Made by a program: the position numbers and the translations under genes
The notes under the pieces: generated by a model
What the model was told of the DNA's origin: nothing
Seen by the model: the letters and a program-made list of their open reading frames with translations, nothing else
The model's database searches: none
From: the human T2T-CHM13v2.0 reference genome, Homo sapiens
Length of the DNA: 64,000 bases
Strand: one strand, 5' to 3'
Assembly: GCF_009914755.1 (NCBI RefSeq)
Contig: NC_060939.1
In this document: in pieces, positions 1-13,885 of the stretch
How the letters are laid out: each line of letters opens with the position of its first letter
Position numbering within the stretch: the first letter of the stretch is position 1

Positions 1-39
1 CCAAACCCAAGGCTTCTGACCCCAGGTCAGTTCTTTCCT

Positions 40-390
40 CTAAACAAGACTTTTCCACTTTGGTCGTACCTTAGAAACTGCTGGGGGAACTTCTGAAATT
101 TCAATAGCTATAACAGCATTCTATACCAATTACATCAGAATCTCTAGGGTGGGACCTAAGCATCAGTATCTTTTAAAGCTCCCTGGATGATTCCAATGTG
201 CAGTCAAGACTGAGAAGCACGGCTTTGTCTAAAGCAGTATTTCTCAATCCTGACTGCTTAGAATCACTGGGTTGCTGCCTAAGATCTCCCTCTACCCCAG
301 GCAAATTAAATCAGAATCTCTGGAGGGTGAGATACAAGCATGAGTATTTTCTAAAAGTTCCCCTAGGTTATTCTAATGTGCAGCCAAAAT
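40..390. mobile_element. Two MER5-family (hAT-Charlie MITE) copies
   Basis: MER5-type 'atcagaatctct...ttctaatgtgcagcca' cores. Confidence 0.65.
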
Positions 391-975
391 GGAGAATAAT
401 TACTTAAAATTTAAAGAATAGCTGCCTCTAAGGCTAAAGGATTTTTTAAAATAATAAATAATTATTATTCTATCTGAATATGTAGGCTAATACTTTGAGA
501 AGTACAGACTAGAACAAAAAAGAAGCTGAGAGAGTAACACAAAGTAGGAAAGGTCATGCATTATCAGGCTTTGCATAAAATGAAGTGTTAGGCTGAGCAA
601 GGTTATAAGTATAAAATGAATGTGCTGGTCTTTTAGCAAAGACATGACTTATTTAACTTACATCAGACTGTCTTTCATTGAGACTAGTCCTTTAAATATT
701 TTTTACCAGTAGTGTTGCTCAGTGTATACTGAACTTCCTTTCATAGTCCTCAGCTGACTGGTTTATGGCCAGCCACATGCATGGGTGACATGGCTGGTTG
801 GGGCTGAGGATCTGTGGTACTGTAGACTGTGGCCGCAGAATGGAGCTTCTCTGAGTCAAGCCCTTACACTTGGGCTTTTTGGCACTGTATTTTAAAAGCA
901 CGTTAATTTGGAAAGTTTAGGGAAGCCTTTCAGTTGGAGTAAGAGGTTAGCTGTGCGTTAAGAACTGTAGAAATA

Positions 976-3305
976 GGGAAAGCGCTGGCAGCCAAGATGG
1001 CCGAACAGGAACAGCTCCGGTCTACACCTCCCAGCGTGAGTGACACAGAAGACGGGTGATTTCTGCATTTCCATCTGAGGTACCAGGTTCATCTCACTAG
1101 GGAGTGCCAGACAGTGGGCGCAGGACAGTGGGTCCAGCGCACCGTGCGTGAGCCGAAGCAGGGCGAGGCATTGCCTCACTCGGGAAGCGCAAGGGGTCGG
1201 GGAGTTCCCTTTCCTAGTCAAAGAAAGGGGTAACAGAGGGCACCTGGACAATTGGGTCACTCCCACCCTAATACTGCGCTTTTCTGATGGGCTTAAAAAA
1301 CAGCGCACCAGCAGATTATATCCCGCACCTGGCTTGGAGGGTCCTACACCCACGGAGTCTCGCTGATTGCTAGCACAGCGGTCTGAGATCAAACTGCAAG
1401 GCAGCAGTGAGGCTGGGGGAGGGGCGCCCGCCATTGCCCAGGCTTGCTTAGGTAAACAAAGCAGCCGGGAAGCTCGAACTGGGTGGAGCCCACCACAGCT
1501 CAAGGAGGCCTGCCTGCCTCTGTAGGCTCCACCTCTGGGGGCAGGGCACAGACAAACAAAAAGACAGCAGTCACCTCTGAAGACTTAAATGTCCCTGTCT
1601 GACAGCTTTGAAGAGAGCAGTGGTTCTCCCAGCACGCAGCTGGAGATCTGAGAATGGGCAGACTGCCTCCTCAAGTGGGTCCCTGACCCCTGACCCCCGA
1701 GCAGCCCAACTGGGAGGCACCCCCAGTAGGGGCAGACTGACATCTCACACGGCCGGGTACTCCTCTGAGACAAAAGTTCCAGAGGAACAATCAGACAGCA
1801 GCATTCGCGGTTCACGAAAATCCGCTGTTCTGCAGCCACCACTGATGATACCCAGGCAAACAGGGTCTGGAGTGGACCTCTAGCAAACTCCAACAGACCT
1901 GCAGCTGAGGGTCCTGTCTGTTAGAAGGAAAACTAACAAACAGAAAGGACATCCACACCAAAAACCCATCTGTACATCACCATCATCAAAGACCAAAAGT
2001 AGATAAAACCACAAAGATGGGGAAAAAAACAGAGCAGAAAAACTGGAAAACTCTAAAAAGCAGAGCGCCTCTCCTCCTCCAAAGGAACACAGTTCCTCAC
2101 CAGCAATGGAACAAAGCTGGACGGAGAATGACTTTGACAAGTTGAGAGAAGAAGGCTTCAGACGATCAAACTACTCCGAGCTACAGGAGGAAATTCAAAC
2201 CAAAGGCAAAGAAGTTAAAAACTTTGAAAAAAATTTAGACAAATGTGTAACTAGAATAACCAATACAGAGAAGTGCTTAAAGGAGCTGATGGAGCTGAAA
2301 GCCAAGGCTCGAGAACTACGTGAAGAATGTAGAAGCCTCAGGAGCCGATGCGATCAACTGGAAGAAAGGGTATCAGCGATGGAAGATGAAATGAATGAAA
2401 TGAAGCGAGAAGGGAAGTTTAGAGAAAAAAGAATAAAAAGAAACGAGCAAAGCCTCCAAGAAATATGGGACTATGTGAAAAGACCAAATCTGCTATGTGA
2501 AAAGAAGACACTTATGCAGCCAAAAAACACATGAAAAAATACTCACCGTCACTGGCCATCAGAGAAATGGAAATCAAAACCACAATGAGATACCATCTCA
2601 CACCAGTTAGAATGGCAATCATTAAAAAGTCAGGAAGCAACAGGTGCTGGAGAGGATGTGGAGAAATAGGAACACTTTTACACTGTTGGTGGGACTGTAA
2701 ACTAGTTCAACCATTGTGGAAGTTGGTGTGGTGATTCTTCAGGGATCTAGAACTAGAAATACCATTTGACCCAGCCATCCCATTACTGGGTATATACCCA
2801 AAAGACTATAAATCATGCTGCTATAAAGACACATGCACATGTATGTTTATTGTGGCACTATTCAGAATAGCAAAGACTTGGAACCAACCCAAATGTCCAA
2901 CAACGATAGACTGGATTAAGAAAATGTGGCACATATACACCATGGAATACTATGCAGCCATAAAAAATGAGTTCATGTCCTTTGTAGGGACATGGATGAA
3001 ATTGGAAATCATCATTCTCAGTAAACTATCGCAAGGACAAAAAACCAAACACCGTATGTTCTCACTCATCGGTGGGAATTGAACAATGAGAACACATGGA
3101 CACAGGAAGGGGAACATCACACTCTGGGGACTGTTGTGGGGTGGGGTCAGGGGGAGGGATAGCATTAGGAGATATACCTAATGCTAAATGACGAGTTAAT
3201 GGGTGCAGCACACCAGCATGGCACATGTATACATATGTAACTAACCTGCACATTGTGCACATGTACCCTAAAACTTAAAGTATAATAATAAAAATTAAAA
3301 AAAAA
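976..3305 (+). mobile_element. L1PA3/L1PA4-like LINE-1 with both ends intact and a large internal deletion (5'UTR, 5' half of ORF1, ORF2 3' end, 3'UTR, poly(A))
   Basis: GCCAAGATGGCCGAA start; frameshifted ORF1 (ATG about 2018; ORF 2106..2534); jump to the ORF2 C-terminal region at about 2500; A-tail; TSD AAGAACTGTA at 960-969 and 3304-3313. Confidence 0.93.
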
Positions 3306-3559
3306 GAACTGTATAATGTATAGGAAAGGACCATATTTGGACAGATACTCATATTTATGATTAGAATGAAGATATTTTGATATTTCTTTTAATTTACTTT
3401 TGAAGTATTTTGATATACCTTTTTGAAGTTTGTACATTTGGACACTAAATTCCATAGAAAACAGAGACTTGATCATCCTTTGAACAAACCACTATCTTTC
3501 AAACCTATATAAAGATAAAATAGTATGGTGCTCTGGTAGGTGTGTCCATTGCTTTCAGT

Positions 3560-3665
3560 TATTATATATATATGTATATGTACATATATGTGCATATATA
3601 TATGAGTTCGATATATTGTGATATATATAACAATTATGTATCTTATGATATATATAAAATATCTC
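3560..3665. repeat. (TA)n-rich simple repeat
   Basis: tatatatatatgtatatgtacatatatg... Confidence 0.8.
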
Positions 3666-3895
3666 ACAACTACACCATTTCTTCGAACTCTCTGCCTTTT
3701 GCAATTCTAAGTGAACTGTCTCACCAGGATTCCTGCCAAATTCTGAATTTAAAGTGGTGTCATCTGTATAGTTACCATCTAACAAAGGATTTGCTGAATA
3801 TATGGTAGATAGCCCATGAAAATCTTCTAGAAAATGTCATAAAGAAACTGAACTTTGCATGTGTTCACTGGGTTTTTCAACTTTATGTTTTTTAG

Positions 3896-4000
3896 AACCT
3901 TCAGGGTTTATAAATCTGACCTCATTTTCTCTTCATGTCTTGAGCAAAATAAACATCTTCTACTATTCTGTGTTGTTGTTGACCCTGTATACAGTGCTGG
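3896..4000 (+). CDS. TMEM62: TMEM62 coding exon (EPSGFINLTSFSLHVLSKINIFYYSVLLLTLYTVLG)
   Basis: tttag|AACCT ... GTGCTGG|gtaagt; 105 nt, open frame. Confidence 0.85.
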
Positions 4001-4406
4001 GTAAGTAAATTAGTACAGATTATGGGGAATTTTGCCAAAGAATATATTAACAATTTTGACAATAGAATTAGACTCTTGAGGGTATAACAAATGGCTCATG
4101 GATTCTTCATAAATCATTTTCTGGGACATGGTTTTGGAAAATAAAGCTCGTGCCTAACATGTTTAAAGGACATTTAGTTAACACCAAGTTAACTTAAGGG
4201 TGCTGAGAAGACTGCTACAGAATTAGTATTTGTGTAGAAACCTAATAGAAGCTTAAATAGCACCTCCTCAGAGCAACCTTCTTTGTCTATCTTAAAGTTT
4301 TAGTCTATATCTCATCACAGGTTTTACTTCCATCATTACCTTTATCAGAATTTATACCTATCTTCTGTGTTTATTATCTATTAACTCATTAAAATATTCA
4401 CTGGTA

Positions 4407-4528
4407 GGCGGGTACGGTGGCTCATGCCTGTAGTTCCAGCTACTTGGGGGCTGAGGCGAGAGTACTGCTTGAGTCCAGGAGGTCAAATCCAGCCTGGGCA
4501 ACACAGCAAGACGCCATCTAAAAAAAAA
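4407..4528 (+). mobile_element. FLAM (Alu monomer)
   Basis: Single Alu arm with A-tail. Confidence 0.75.
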
Positions 4529-4696
4529 GTATATATATCTATCCATTGGTATTTTGCCTATTTTGCTTAGTATGTAGTTCATTGAATATTTACTAATGTG
4601 TGGCTCTCAAAAATTCAGCTCAAAAAAGAGAGAAACTGAGATGAGCAATAGTTCAGGCATATCTGCACTCTTCTGTTGTATTATTATACCCAGTAG

Positions 4697-4890
4697 TATC
4701 ATGTGGCATATGACAAACATTTCAGTCAACAAGGGACCACATATACAGTGGTGGTCCCATAAGACTCTAGTGGAGCTGGAGGTATATAATAGACTATATC
4801 ATGTAGGTTTGTGTATGATATGTAAGGACAAAATTGCCTAAGGACACATCTCTCAGAATGCATCCTCATGGTGAAGCAATGCATGACTGT
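4697..4890. mobile_element. Tigger3/GOLEM-type DNA transposon remnant
   Basis: catatacagtggtggtcccataag core and ...gcatgactg terminus. Confidence 0.6.
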
Positions 4891-5385
4891 ACTTATAAAG
4901 TCACTTAGCCACACTTATAAAAGCAGAAATCACCATAAATCTTTTAGGCTTTTTTGCTTATGTTTCTTAGTGACTAAAAGTCAATTAGGAGTACATTAGC
5001 CTATTTGTTGCCTAGTCTTAGTCTTTATTTTACACTTTTATCCTCCCTTTGCACTTTGCTCATTAGTAACTCCCACCAGAGAACAAATGAAAATATAACA
5101 CTTTATGATTCTGTGTAAGCTATGGCAGATCACCTTTGGAGGTAAGTTCTCTTGTTCAAGATAGGTTGAAGCTGTTTTTGACGCTTGTCTTACACAATGA
5201 GGTAAAGCAAGTAATTTGGTTCCTGGGCTGTAAAACAAAACAAAACAAAATACATTAATAGGGAAGAATTGTTCCATTCAGAAAGTTGAAATCTGAAGAC
5301 AAAACACCTTTTTAGACTCATATGTCTTTAATGCAGTTTATATAAAGTATATCTGAGAAAATTGCCTCTGACTTTTTAAAGCTGA

Positions 5386-5739
<354 letters not shown>

Positions 5740-6469
5740 TAACTGTCCCTTATCACTCTTGACAAACAACTTGACACTCTTATGGAGACCAGCACACTTA
5801 CAAGACAAAATGACAATAATAATAATAATAATACCTAGAAACTCACACACTGAGAATGGGGCAGTAAATAATAATAGGGAGGATAGAAAAGTCAGCATGG
5901 CATTCCAGATGAGAAAACTGAAGCAAGTTAAACTTTCTACATGGTAACCGTGATTATGTAGTTGATATACAAAGTAATGACTGTGGGCCTTCAAGAAGAG
6001 GTTAAAATACATTCATTATATTAACGAGTGCATCTTAGAAAGATTTCTTTCAAAAAGTAGTTGAAGTTTTTTTGCTTTAAGGAGTAAATCTCAATCATCT
6101 GGAAATTTAACTTCTGTGGAATACCTCTTTACATCTTAAAGGAAATGTTAATGCATTATATTGAGGTTATTATTGCAATGGAATTTTCAAAAATGTGAGT
6201 GTGCTTTTTTTGTTTCTAGAATCTATAAGACACATATCTGTTCTAGGTATAGTGTCTACTAAGACAATTTCACAATCCAAAAAATAGTTGGTTAGCAAGG
6301 ATATCAAGTACAACACAGAGACTAGCAAAGAGGGAAGGCTATGAAATAAAATGCTTATAGATGGCTAGTCTCATATCTCTGCTTTATTCCTATAAATGTA
6401 TCTCATGATATATGTAATCAGAATTATAGTTATTTAATCTCCTCCTTTTTTGTCCATTGCCTCTTTTAG

Positions 6470-6588
6470 GTCCATGGTTTTTTGGTGAAATCATTGATGG
6501 CAAATTTGGTTGCTGCTTTTCCTTTGGGATATTTGTTAATGGACATTTCCTACAAGGCAGCATAACATTTATAATTGGAATTCTCCAG
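6470..6588 (+). CDS. TMEM62: TMEM62 penultimate coding exon (GPWFFGEIIDGKFGCC...IIGILQ)
   Basis: ttttag|GTCCATGG ... CTCCAG|gtaaga; 119 nt, in frame with neighbouring exons. Confidence 0.88.
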
Positions 6589-6791
6589 GTAAGAAGTCAG
6601 AAAAGCAATTTAAGAACATCTTGGACTTGTCAGACTAATTGCATAACAGTTATGAATTAAATCCAAAATCCAGAATTAAGTACCATAGATCATCTTTCCT
6701 ACTTTACTTGCAGGGCAGTCTTTAATAAAAGCTTCATTTGCTTTTAAAGTGCTTCCTAAACTCCTTCCACCACTCTCATGTAAACATCTAA

Positions 6792-7090
<299 letters not shown>

Positions 7091-7722
7091 TAAAATACAT
7101 TTTTGTCATGAAGTGTTTATAAGAGGTGAAAGAAGTTTTTGTTGTTTTTGTTTCACTGTGCTTTTTCATTGACAAAAAAATGAAACAAGGGATTATGGTA
7201 GAAAAAGTTTTAGATTTCTGAGTAAACCAAAACTGATTATGATGATGAAGAAGGAAAATATTTTAGAGGGAGGAAACTAAAAAATAGACACATTAAAAAA
7301 ATGGGTCAGTTATTCAGTGGAAACTGCATTATTCAAAAACCAGACCTGGGCTTTCCTAGCAATGTACTTGTTTAGGAAACAAACTGATGTATTAGGTTTA
7401 CATTTGATTCCTTTAAAATAAACACACAAAGAACCTTGATCCATAGAAAAACTACATAAACAGATTTGAAAAGTATTTATCTAACAGTTTCTTTATTTTA
7501 CTCACCTAATGGAGTTAGTGGACCAAAATTTGAAGTTTTGGAAGAGATCCAAAAACATTCAAAATAAGTTCATGGCCTTCTAACAGGGCAGTAGAACATG
7601 ATCCAACAGGATTAGAGACAGCCAAGTAGGAAAGACTTCTGCCTAGCAAACACTGACCCAAGTCCAGAATATTCTCTGCATAGCAGCATTATATACATGA
7701 GTAGGTCCTGGGTTCATTTCAG

Positions 7723-8064
<342 letters not shown>

Positions 8065-8189
8065 TGATGGAGGCTGTCTCTAAGGAGCTCTCTCATACCA
8101 AATGAATCCTGAGCCTTACCAAAAGGCAGGGTTTTTTCCTTTGTAAATGTTTACATTCATATTCTAATAAATAGTACACTAATAATGGA

Positions 8190-9085
8190 TTTTATGTATC
8201 ATCCAGACCCATGAATCCCAAATCTATATCTCTGATCTAGACCTCTTCTCTGCACTTCAAGTGCCTCTATATCCAATGGCCACAGATGTCTAACAGGCAT
8301 CTCAACTTCATGTGATGTCTCTCTGATAGGAACATTATTTCCACCCCAAACCTGTTCCTCTCTGTTTTTCCAGTTTTAATAAATGACTCCACCATTCACC
8401 TGATTTCTCCAAGATGTATCCTCAATTATTCCCTTTCCTTCATACCCTGTATCTATTTCACCAGCAAGCTCTACCTTATTTGATCTGCTTCCAATGCATA
8501 TCTTGAATCCATCCACTTCTCTCCATTTCTGTTTTCCTAATCTAAGTTGTAATTATTTCTTGCCTGGGTCTTCTCCCTGATATTCTTGCCTCCTTACTCT
8601 CAGCTTAATACAGAGCATCCAGTGTGCTCTTTTAAAAACTTTACAATCAGCTCACTTACTTTTCAGCTTGAAATGCTTTGAAGCAGAGCAGTGATCTGGG
8701 TCCTGCCGACTGCCCCAATTTCCACCTGGCTCATGCTCTGCATGCACTTCCTTAAAGAGGCCAAGACCTCTCCCACCTCTGGGCTTTTCATTTGTTCCTT
8801 CTGCCTAGAATGCACTTCCCTCCGCTGATTCATTCTTGTCCTTCTGGCCTCTGAGAGCCTTTCTCCCAGTTACCTTCTCATGACCCAGTTCTTTCCTTCA
8901 TTGAACTAATCACGATCTGTAATTATATTTTTTGGTTTTTTTTTTTGTCTGTCTTCTCCCTGTTAGAATGTAAGCTCTATGACGGACCTTTTCTAACTTG
9001 TTTGCCATTGTGTCCCCAACTTGGAGCCTAGCTCATGCCTGCTACATAATGGGTGCTCAATAAATATTTGTTAAATGAATGAATC
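8190..9085 (+). mobile_element. L2 3' fragment
   Basis: Pyrimidine-rich body ending gctcaataaatatttgttaaatgaatgaat. Confidence 0.75.
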
Positions 9086-9548
9086 ATACAGCAGCTCAAC
9101 TTGGATTATAATTTAGATACTCTAATTTATATTCCAGTACTTATCATGCTACCTCAAACAAAAATGGAGGTAAGAAAAAAAATACTGATAGCCAAGTCCT
9201 CCCCTCACTCCACCAAAAAAGAGGGGTTGTTGTATGTGTGTGTATACATTTACTCAGTTCAATTCCAGCTTAACACCATTGGGTATTAACTGTGTATATG
9301 ATACTGTACTACAAGTTGGGACTTCAGCATAAATTAAATGATACCTGCCTCTAAGATGAATAAAAGGACATGGGCAAATACACAACTAGCCACAAGTCAG
9401 CTGTTGTGTTATAAGCAACTGTGCTTGAAGTAAATTAGCTAACGCCAAGACAGATAGCAGCATAGTCTTAGGATCCACTAATAATGCATTATTAAGACCA
9501 AACTCTTCCAAGGACTTGGGAGTAAGCTATGGTTCTGTTCTTTTCCAG

Positions 9549-9875
9549 CTGGCGTTTTTTAACATCCCCTTGATGGCTTACATGTGTTGGAGCTTGCTGC
9601 AGCGGTGCTTTGGTCACAACTTCAGGTCTCATCTCCATCAAAGAAAATACTTGAAAATTATGCCTGTTCACCTACTTATGCTACTGCTGTACATCTGGCA
9701 GGTTTATTCCTGCTACTTTCTTTATGCAACATACGGCACCCTAGCTTTTTTATTCTCCCCTTTGCGGACCTGGTTGACACTGCTGACACCTGTTCTCATT
9801 CGTTATGTGTGGACACTGAACTCCACCAAGTTTGGAATCTTCATGGTGCAGTTAAAAAGCCACCTGAGCTCCTGA
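9549..9875 (+). CDS. TMEM62: TMEM62 last coding exon (LAFFNIPLMAYMCW...KSHLSS*)
   Basis: ttttccag|CTGGCG; stop TGA 9873-9875; matches ORF 9516..9875. Confidence 0.9.
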   Translation: MAFFNIPLMAYMCWSLLQRCFGHNFRSHLHQRKYLKIMPVHLLMLLLYIWQVYSCYFLYATYGTLAFLFSPLRTWLTLLTPVLIRYVWTLNSTKFGIFMVQLKSHLSS

Positions 9876-10787
9876 AGGCCATGTCTCACCACTGGCAGCT
9901 GGGCAGAAGCCCAGCCTCTGTGTCTGTAGCCCAGGCCTCTACCCCAGTAGCAGGTGGAGGGCCAGGATTGGTGGGTGAGCTTTAGGGAGCAGCTGCTCGT
10001 TTGGAGTCCTGGACGTTGGAGGGATTACCCACTACTGATACCTGCAGAATGGACTGCAGAAAAGTCTCAAAAATAATGCCTTTATTCCTTCCCTCCCTAA
10101 GGAGGCAAAGAGTTGATTTACCTTTGTGAAGAGAAAACCCTTATCTAGGACATCCACAGGGTAGAGGTTGGGTGTGTGTACGGGAGTGTCTGAGGCCCAG
10201 TGTGTTTTTTAGGGTTACCCCATGTAAAGCACTTACCGCTGTGCTTGGAATTCAGCAGCTGTCAAAGGTGCAATTTCAGGGGCAGGGAACCTTTGAGGAT
10301 CTGGGCCCGACCCTCACTACCCCTGAGATATTAGTTCCCAGGCCTGTTTTCCCACAGGATTGTGGGCTCTCTGCTTCCTTAGTCGGAAGTGTTTTCAACT
10401 AATCAAATAAATGAATGAATGATGAATAAGAAAGACGGTGAGCCTGAGGCTTGCTTGTGTAGCCTGGCCTAAGGGGCAAGAGAAGGCGTGGCCTGTCCTG
10501 GCCTCTGAGAGTGGGATGGTTGGTGCTGTACCTCAGGGGACAGGGCGGGGCGGGAGGAGGCGGGGCCAGGCCTGGTCTCTGATAACGGGATGGGTGGTGC
10601 TGGACCTCGGGCGGGGCCGGGCCTCGTGGCGGGAGGAGGCAGGGCAGGGCCTCTGGGACGGGGCTGGACGGCTTGTTGACGGAAACGAGCCCTTGACGCT
10701 GTGGCCCGGAAGTGGAGCGGCTGTCGCAGTGCGGCTCCGGCAGTGGCAGCGGAGGCCTGTGTTTGCGGCCTTCGGCAAGCGACTGAG

Positions 10788-10896
10788 ATGGCGAGCGCAA
10801 CTGCACCTGCAGCCGCAGTCCCCACCCTGGCTTCGCCTTTGGAGCAGCTCCGGCACTTGGCGGAGGAGCTGCGGTTGCTCCTGCCTCGAGTGCGGG
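10788..10896 (+). CDS. CCNDBP1: CCNDBP1 exon 1
   Basis: ATG at 10788 ... GTGCGGG|gtgagc. Confidence 0.95.
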
Positions 10897-10933
10897 GTGA
10901 GCTGACGGAGTTAGAACGGGCGACGGCAGGGGC

Positions 10934-11002
10934 GGGCTCGGGGTCGGGGAGAGGCCGGGCTCGGGGTCGGGGAGAGGCCGGGCTCGGGGTCGCGGAGAGG
11001 GC
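10934..11002 (+). repeat. 23-bp G-rich tandem repeat, 3 copies, in CCNDBP1 intron 1
   Basis: (GGGCTCGGGGTCGGGGAGAGGCC) two perfect copies plus one variant. Confidence 0.9.
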
Positions 11003-11108
11003 GGGCTGGGGCGGCGGCGGGGAGCCGGGCTTGGGCGAGGGAGGTGGCTCCGCTTACCTCAGCTTTTCCATTCGCCACCGTTCGGCCCCCACACGCCACA
11101 CCCACAAG

Positions 11109-11168
11109 TCGGCGAAGCCCAGGAGACCACCGAGGAGTTTAATCGAGAGATGTTCTGGAGAAGACTCA
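11109..11168 (+). CDS. CCNDBP1: CCNDBP1 exon 2 (VGEAQETTEEFNREMFWRRL)
   Basis: cacaag|TCGGC ... CTCA|gtgagt. Confidence 0.93.
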
Positions 11169-11442
11169 GTGAGTGCGCCTCCTTCCGGGCTCCCCTTGCC
11201 TCACTTCCTCCAGCGTCCCGACCCCTTTTCCTCCCGCTGTCCCCCACGGAGGGGACTGCTCTCCCCCGCTGCATCCTTTCTGTGAGGTACCTTACCCACC
11301 TCAGCACCTGAGAGGGTGAAATAGAATTCTAACCTCGACATTCGGGAAGTGTTTTTGAGAAGTCTCGGTCGGTAAGGGAAGTCTTCCAAGTCCGTGCAGC
11401 ACTAACGTATTGGCACCTGCCTCCTCTTCGGCCACCCCCCAG

Positions 11443-11522
11443 ATGAGGCAGCTGTGACTGTGTCAAGGGAAGCCACGACTCTGACCATAGTCTTCTCTCA
11501 GCTTCCACTGCCGTCTCCACAG
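11443..11522 (+). CDS. CCNDBP1: CCNDBP1 exon 3
   Basis: Branch point CACTAAC at 11400-11406; cccag|ATGAGG ... CCACAG|gtgggc. Confidence 0.93.
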
Positions 11523-12448
11523 GTGGGCTTCACTTTCGTGGAATCCTTGGGCTGCCGAGTTACACCTTAGGAATCCTCTAATTTTCTTTCCACCTTTTGC
11601 ATGCACGCCAGGAGATTTCTTTTCTTCATCTGTCCAGTGAGGTTACCGTTTTTACTTCACAGGATTGTTGTGAAGACCGAATTGCCAAGTGCAGTTCCTG
11701 GCGCGGAGTAGGCAGGTCTTATAAATATTGGTTCAGTCTGAAGTTTATCCTGGTTGTTTCCCTTCTGATAATTTTTTAAGCACTTTTTATTTGCTGGGTG
11801 TTTTCACATACTTGATGGCCATCTGACAGATGAGCAAGGAGGCTCAGAAGCTCAGCTTAAGATTTAAAAAAAAGCAGGGGGGCTAGAATTTAAATCAAGG
11901 TCTATCTGATGTCTAAGCTACCTATTCTGTTATACTGCATAATACCCTTTTTATATTATTTTTTATATTTAATCAGTAACATATGTAGATAGTACAAAAT
12001 TCAACAGATATCAAAGTGTGTTAAGTTTACCTTTCCACCCACTTTCTCATTTTTGTCTCCCCCAGTTCCTTTTGCATTATTCCACGTATATTCTGTGCAT
12101 ATATACATTCATATACATTTATCTGTATGTGTCAGCTTCTTTTTACACAAATGATACATAAACACTGTTCTGGACCTTCCAACTTAGAATTACTGCAAAC
12201 AGTGTCGTGATGAATTACCTAATTCTGTGTATGTGTGTATATTGGTAGAAAAAATTCCCGGAAGTAGAATTGCTAGAACAAAGATTTATGCATTTTAAAT
12301 ATTCCTTTATTATAAAACTAATGAAAGTAAACATGTTGGCTATGACCACGTATGCTCTATGCTCAGTTTTTCTAGAGTTGTGTATGCTTAATATAGGAGT
12401 AAGATTCTTTTAAAATGGTATATTCATTGCCTTATTTGATTTTCATAG

Positions 12449-13015
<567 letters not shown>

Positions 13016-13689
13016 TAAAACTCACTGCAAGTAAGATACCACAAGGAGGCAGCATAGAACTGATTTTCTATACATGCTCAGGACAGTAGTTTCACTCATA
13101 GATGAAAAGTTAGAATTTGGATTTATTTGAAATATATACAAATATTCAAGTATATACATATATTCAAATAAATACATATATGTATATATGTGTGTATATA
13201 CACACATACATACACATGAATCATCATTGCCTTCTTGAGATCTCACCACTTTAGTCCTACTAAAAGATGGGTGGTTGTTGGTTTTTTTTTGTTGTTGTTG
13301 TTGTTTTTTAAATTCCAATCTGTATGGAATGATACTTTAATAAAATTATGTGCTCGGATGTTGAATAAATGTCAAATTGCCATAAAAGTTTCTAAACACT
13401 CTCAGTCACTGCTTATCTCATCCCTGACTGGTCACAAACAGTTTGTAGACTGGCTCCAACCTGGACCACATTTGTATAGTATTGACTTAGAATTTAACAG
13501 AAAATTGAGGACAAGGAAGATGAGAAAGCCAGTGACCACCTAGAAGGAAAATAGTTAACATGGAGCATTGTCGAGTCCATGCTAGTTACCTTTAGTTACA
13601 TATTCTGATTCTGTTAAAAAAAGAGAGAGACCTGGTTAATGGTTTAATAACCATGGTCTGTCAGTTGGTCTGTCTGTCTCTCTCCCTCC

Positions 13690-13885
13690 CTCTCTTTTCT
13701 GTAAAGGGCCAGTTAGTAAATATTTTAGATTTTGTAACCAACTACCCAACTCTGCCCTTATAGAGCAAACACAACTACAGACATTAAAACCAGTGAGTAT
13801 GGCTGTGTCCCAATACACTTCATTTCCAAAAACAGGCAGTGGGGCCTGACTTGGCCTGAGGACCACAGTTTGCCAGCTCCTGGTC
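13690..13885. mobile_element. MER58-like DNA transposon
   Basis: ttttctgtaaagggccag ... cacagtttgccagctcctg. Confidence 0.65.

Larger units (their letters stand above)
10530..11300 (+). promoter_or_regulatory. CpG-island promoter of CCNDBP1 with GC boxes and an ETS (CCGGAAGTG) motif
   Basis: High CpG/GC density; GGGCGGGG boxes around 10543-10620; CCGGAAGTG at 10706-10714, about 80 bp before the ATG. Confidence 0.8.

Noticed and set aside
10701-11285. 194-aa ORF over the CCNDBP1 5' end, and overlapping ORFs on both strands
   Set aside because: This is exon 1 read into a GC-rich intron. Stop-poor CpG-island composition explains the other ORFs.
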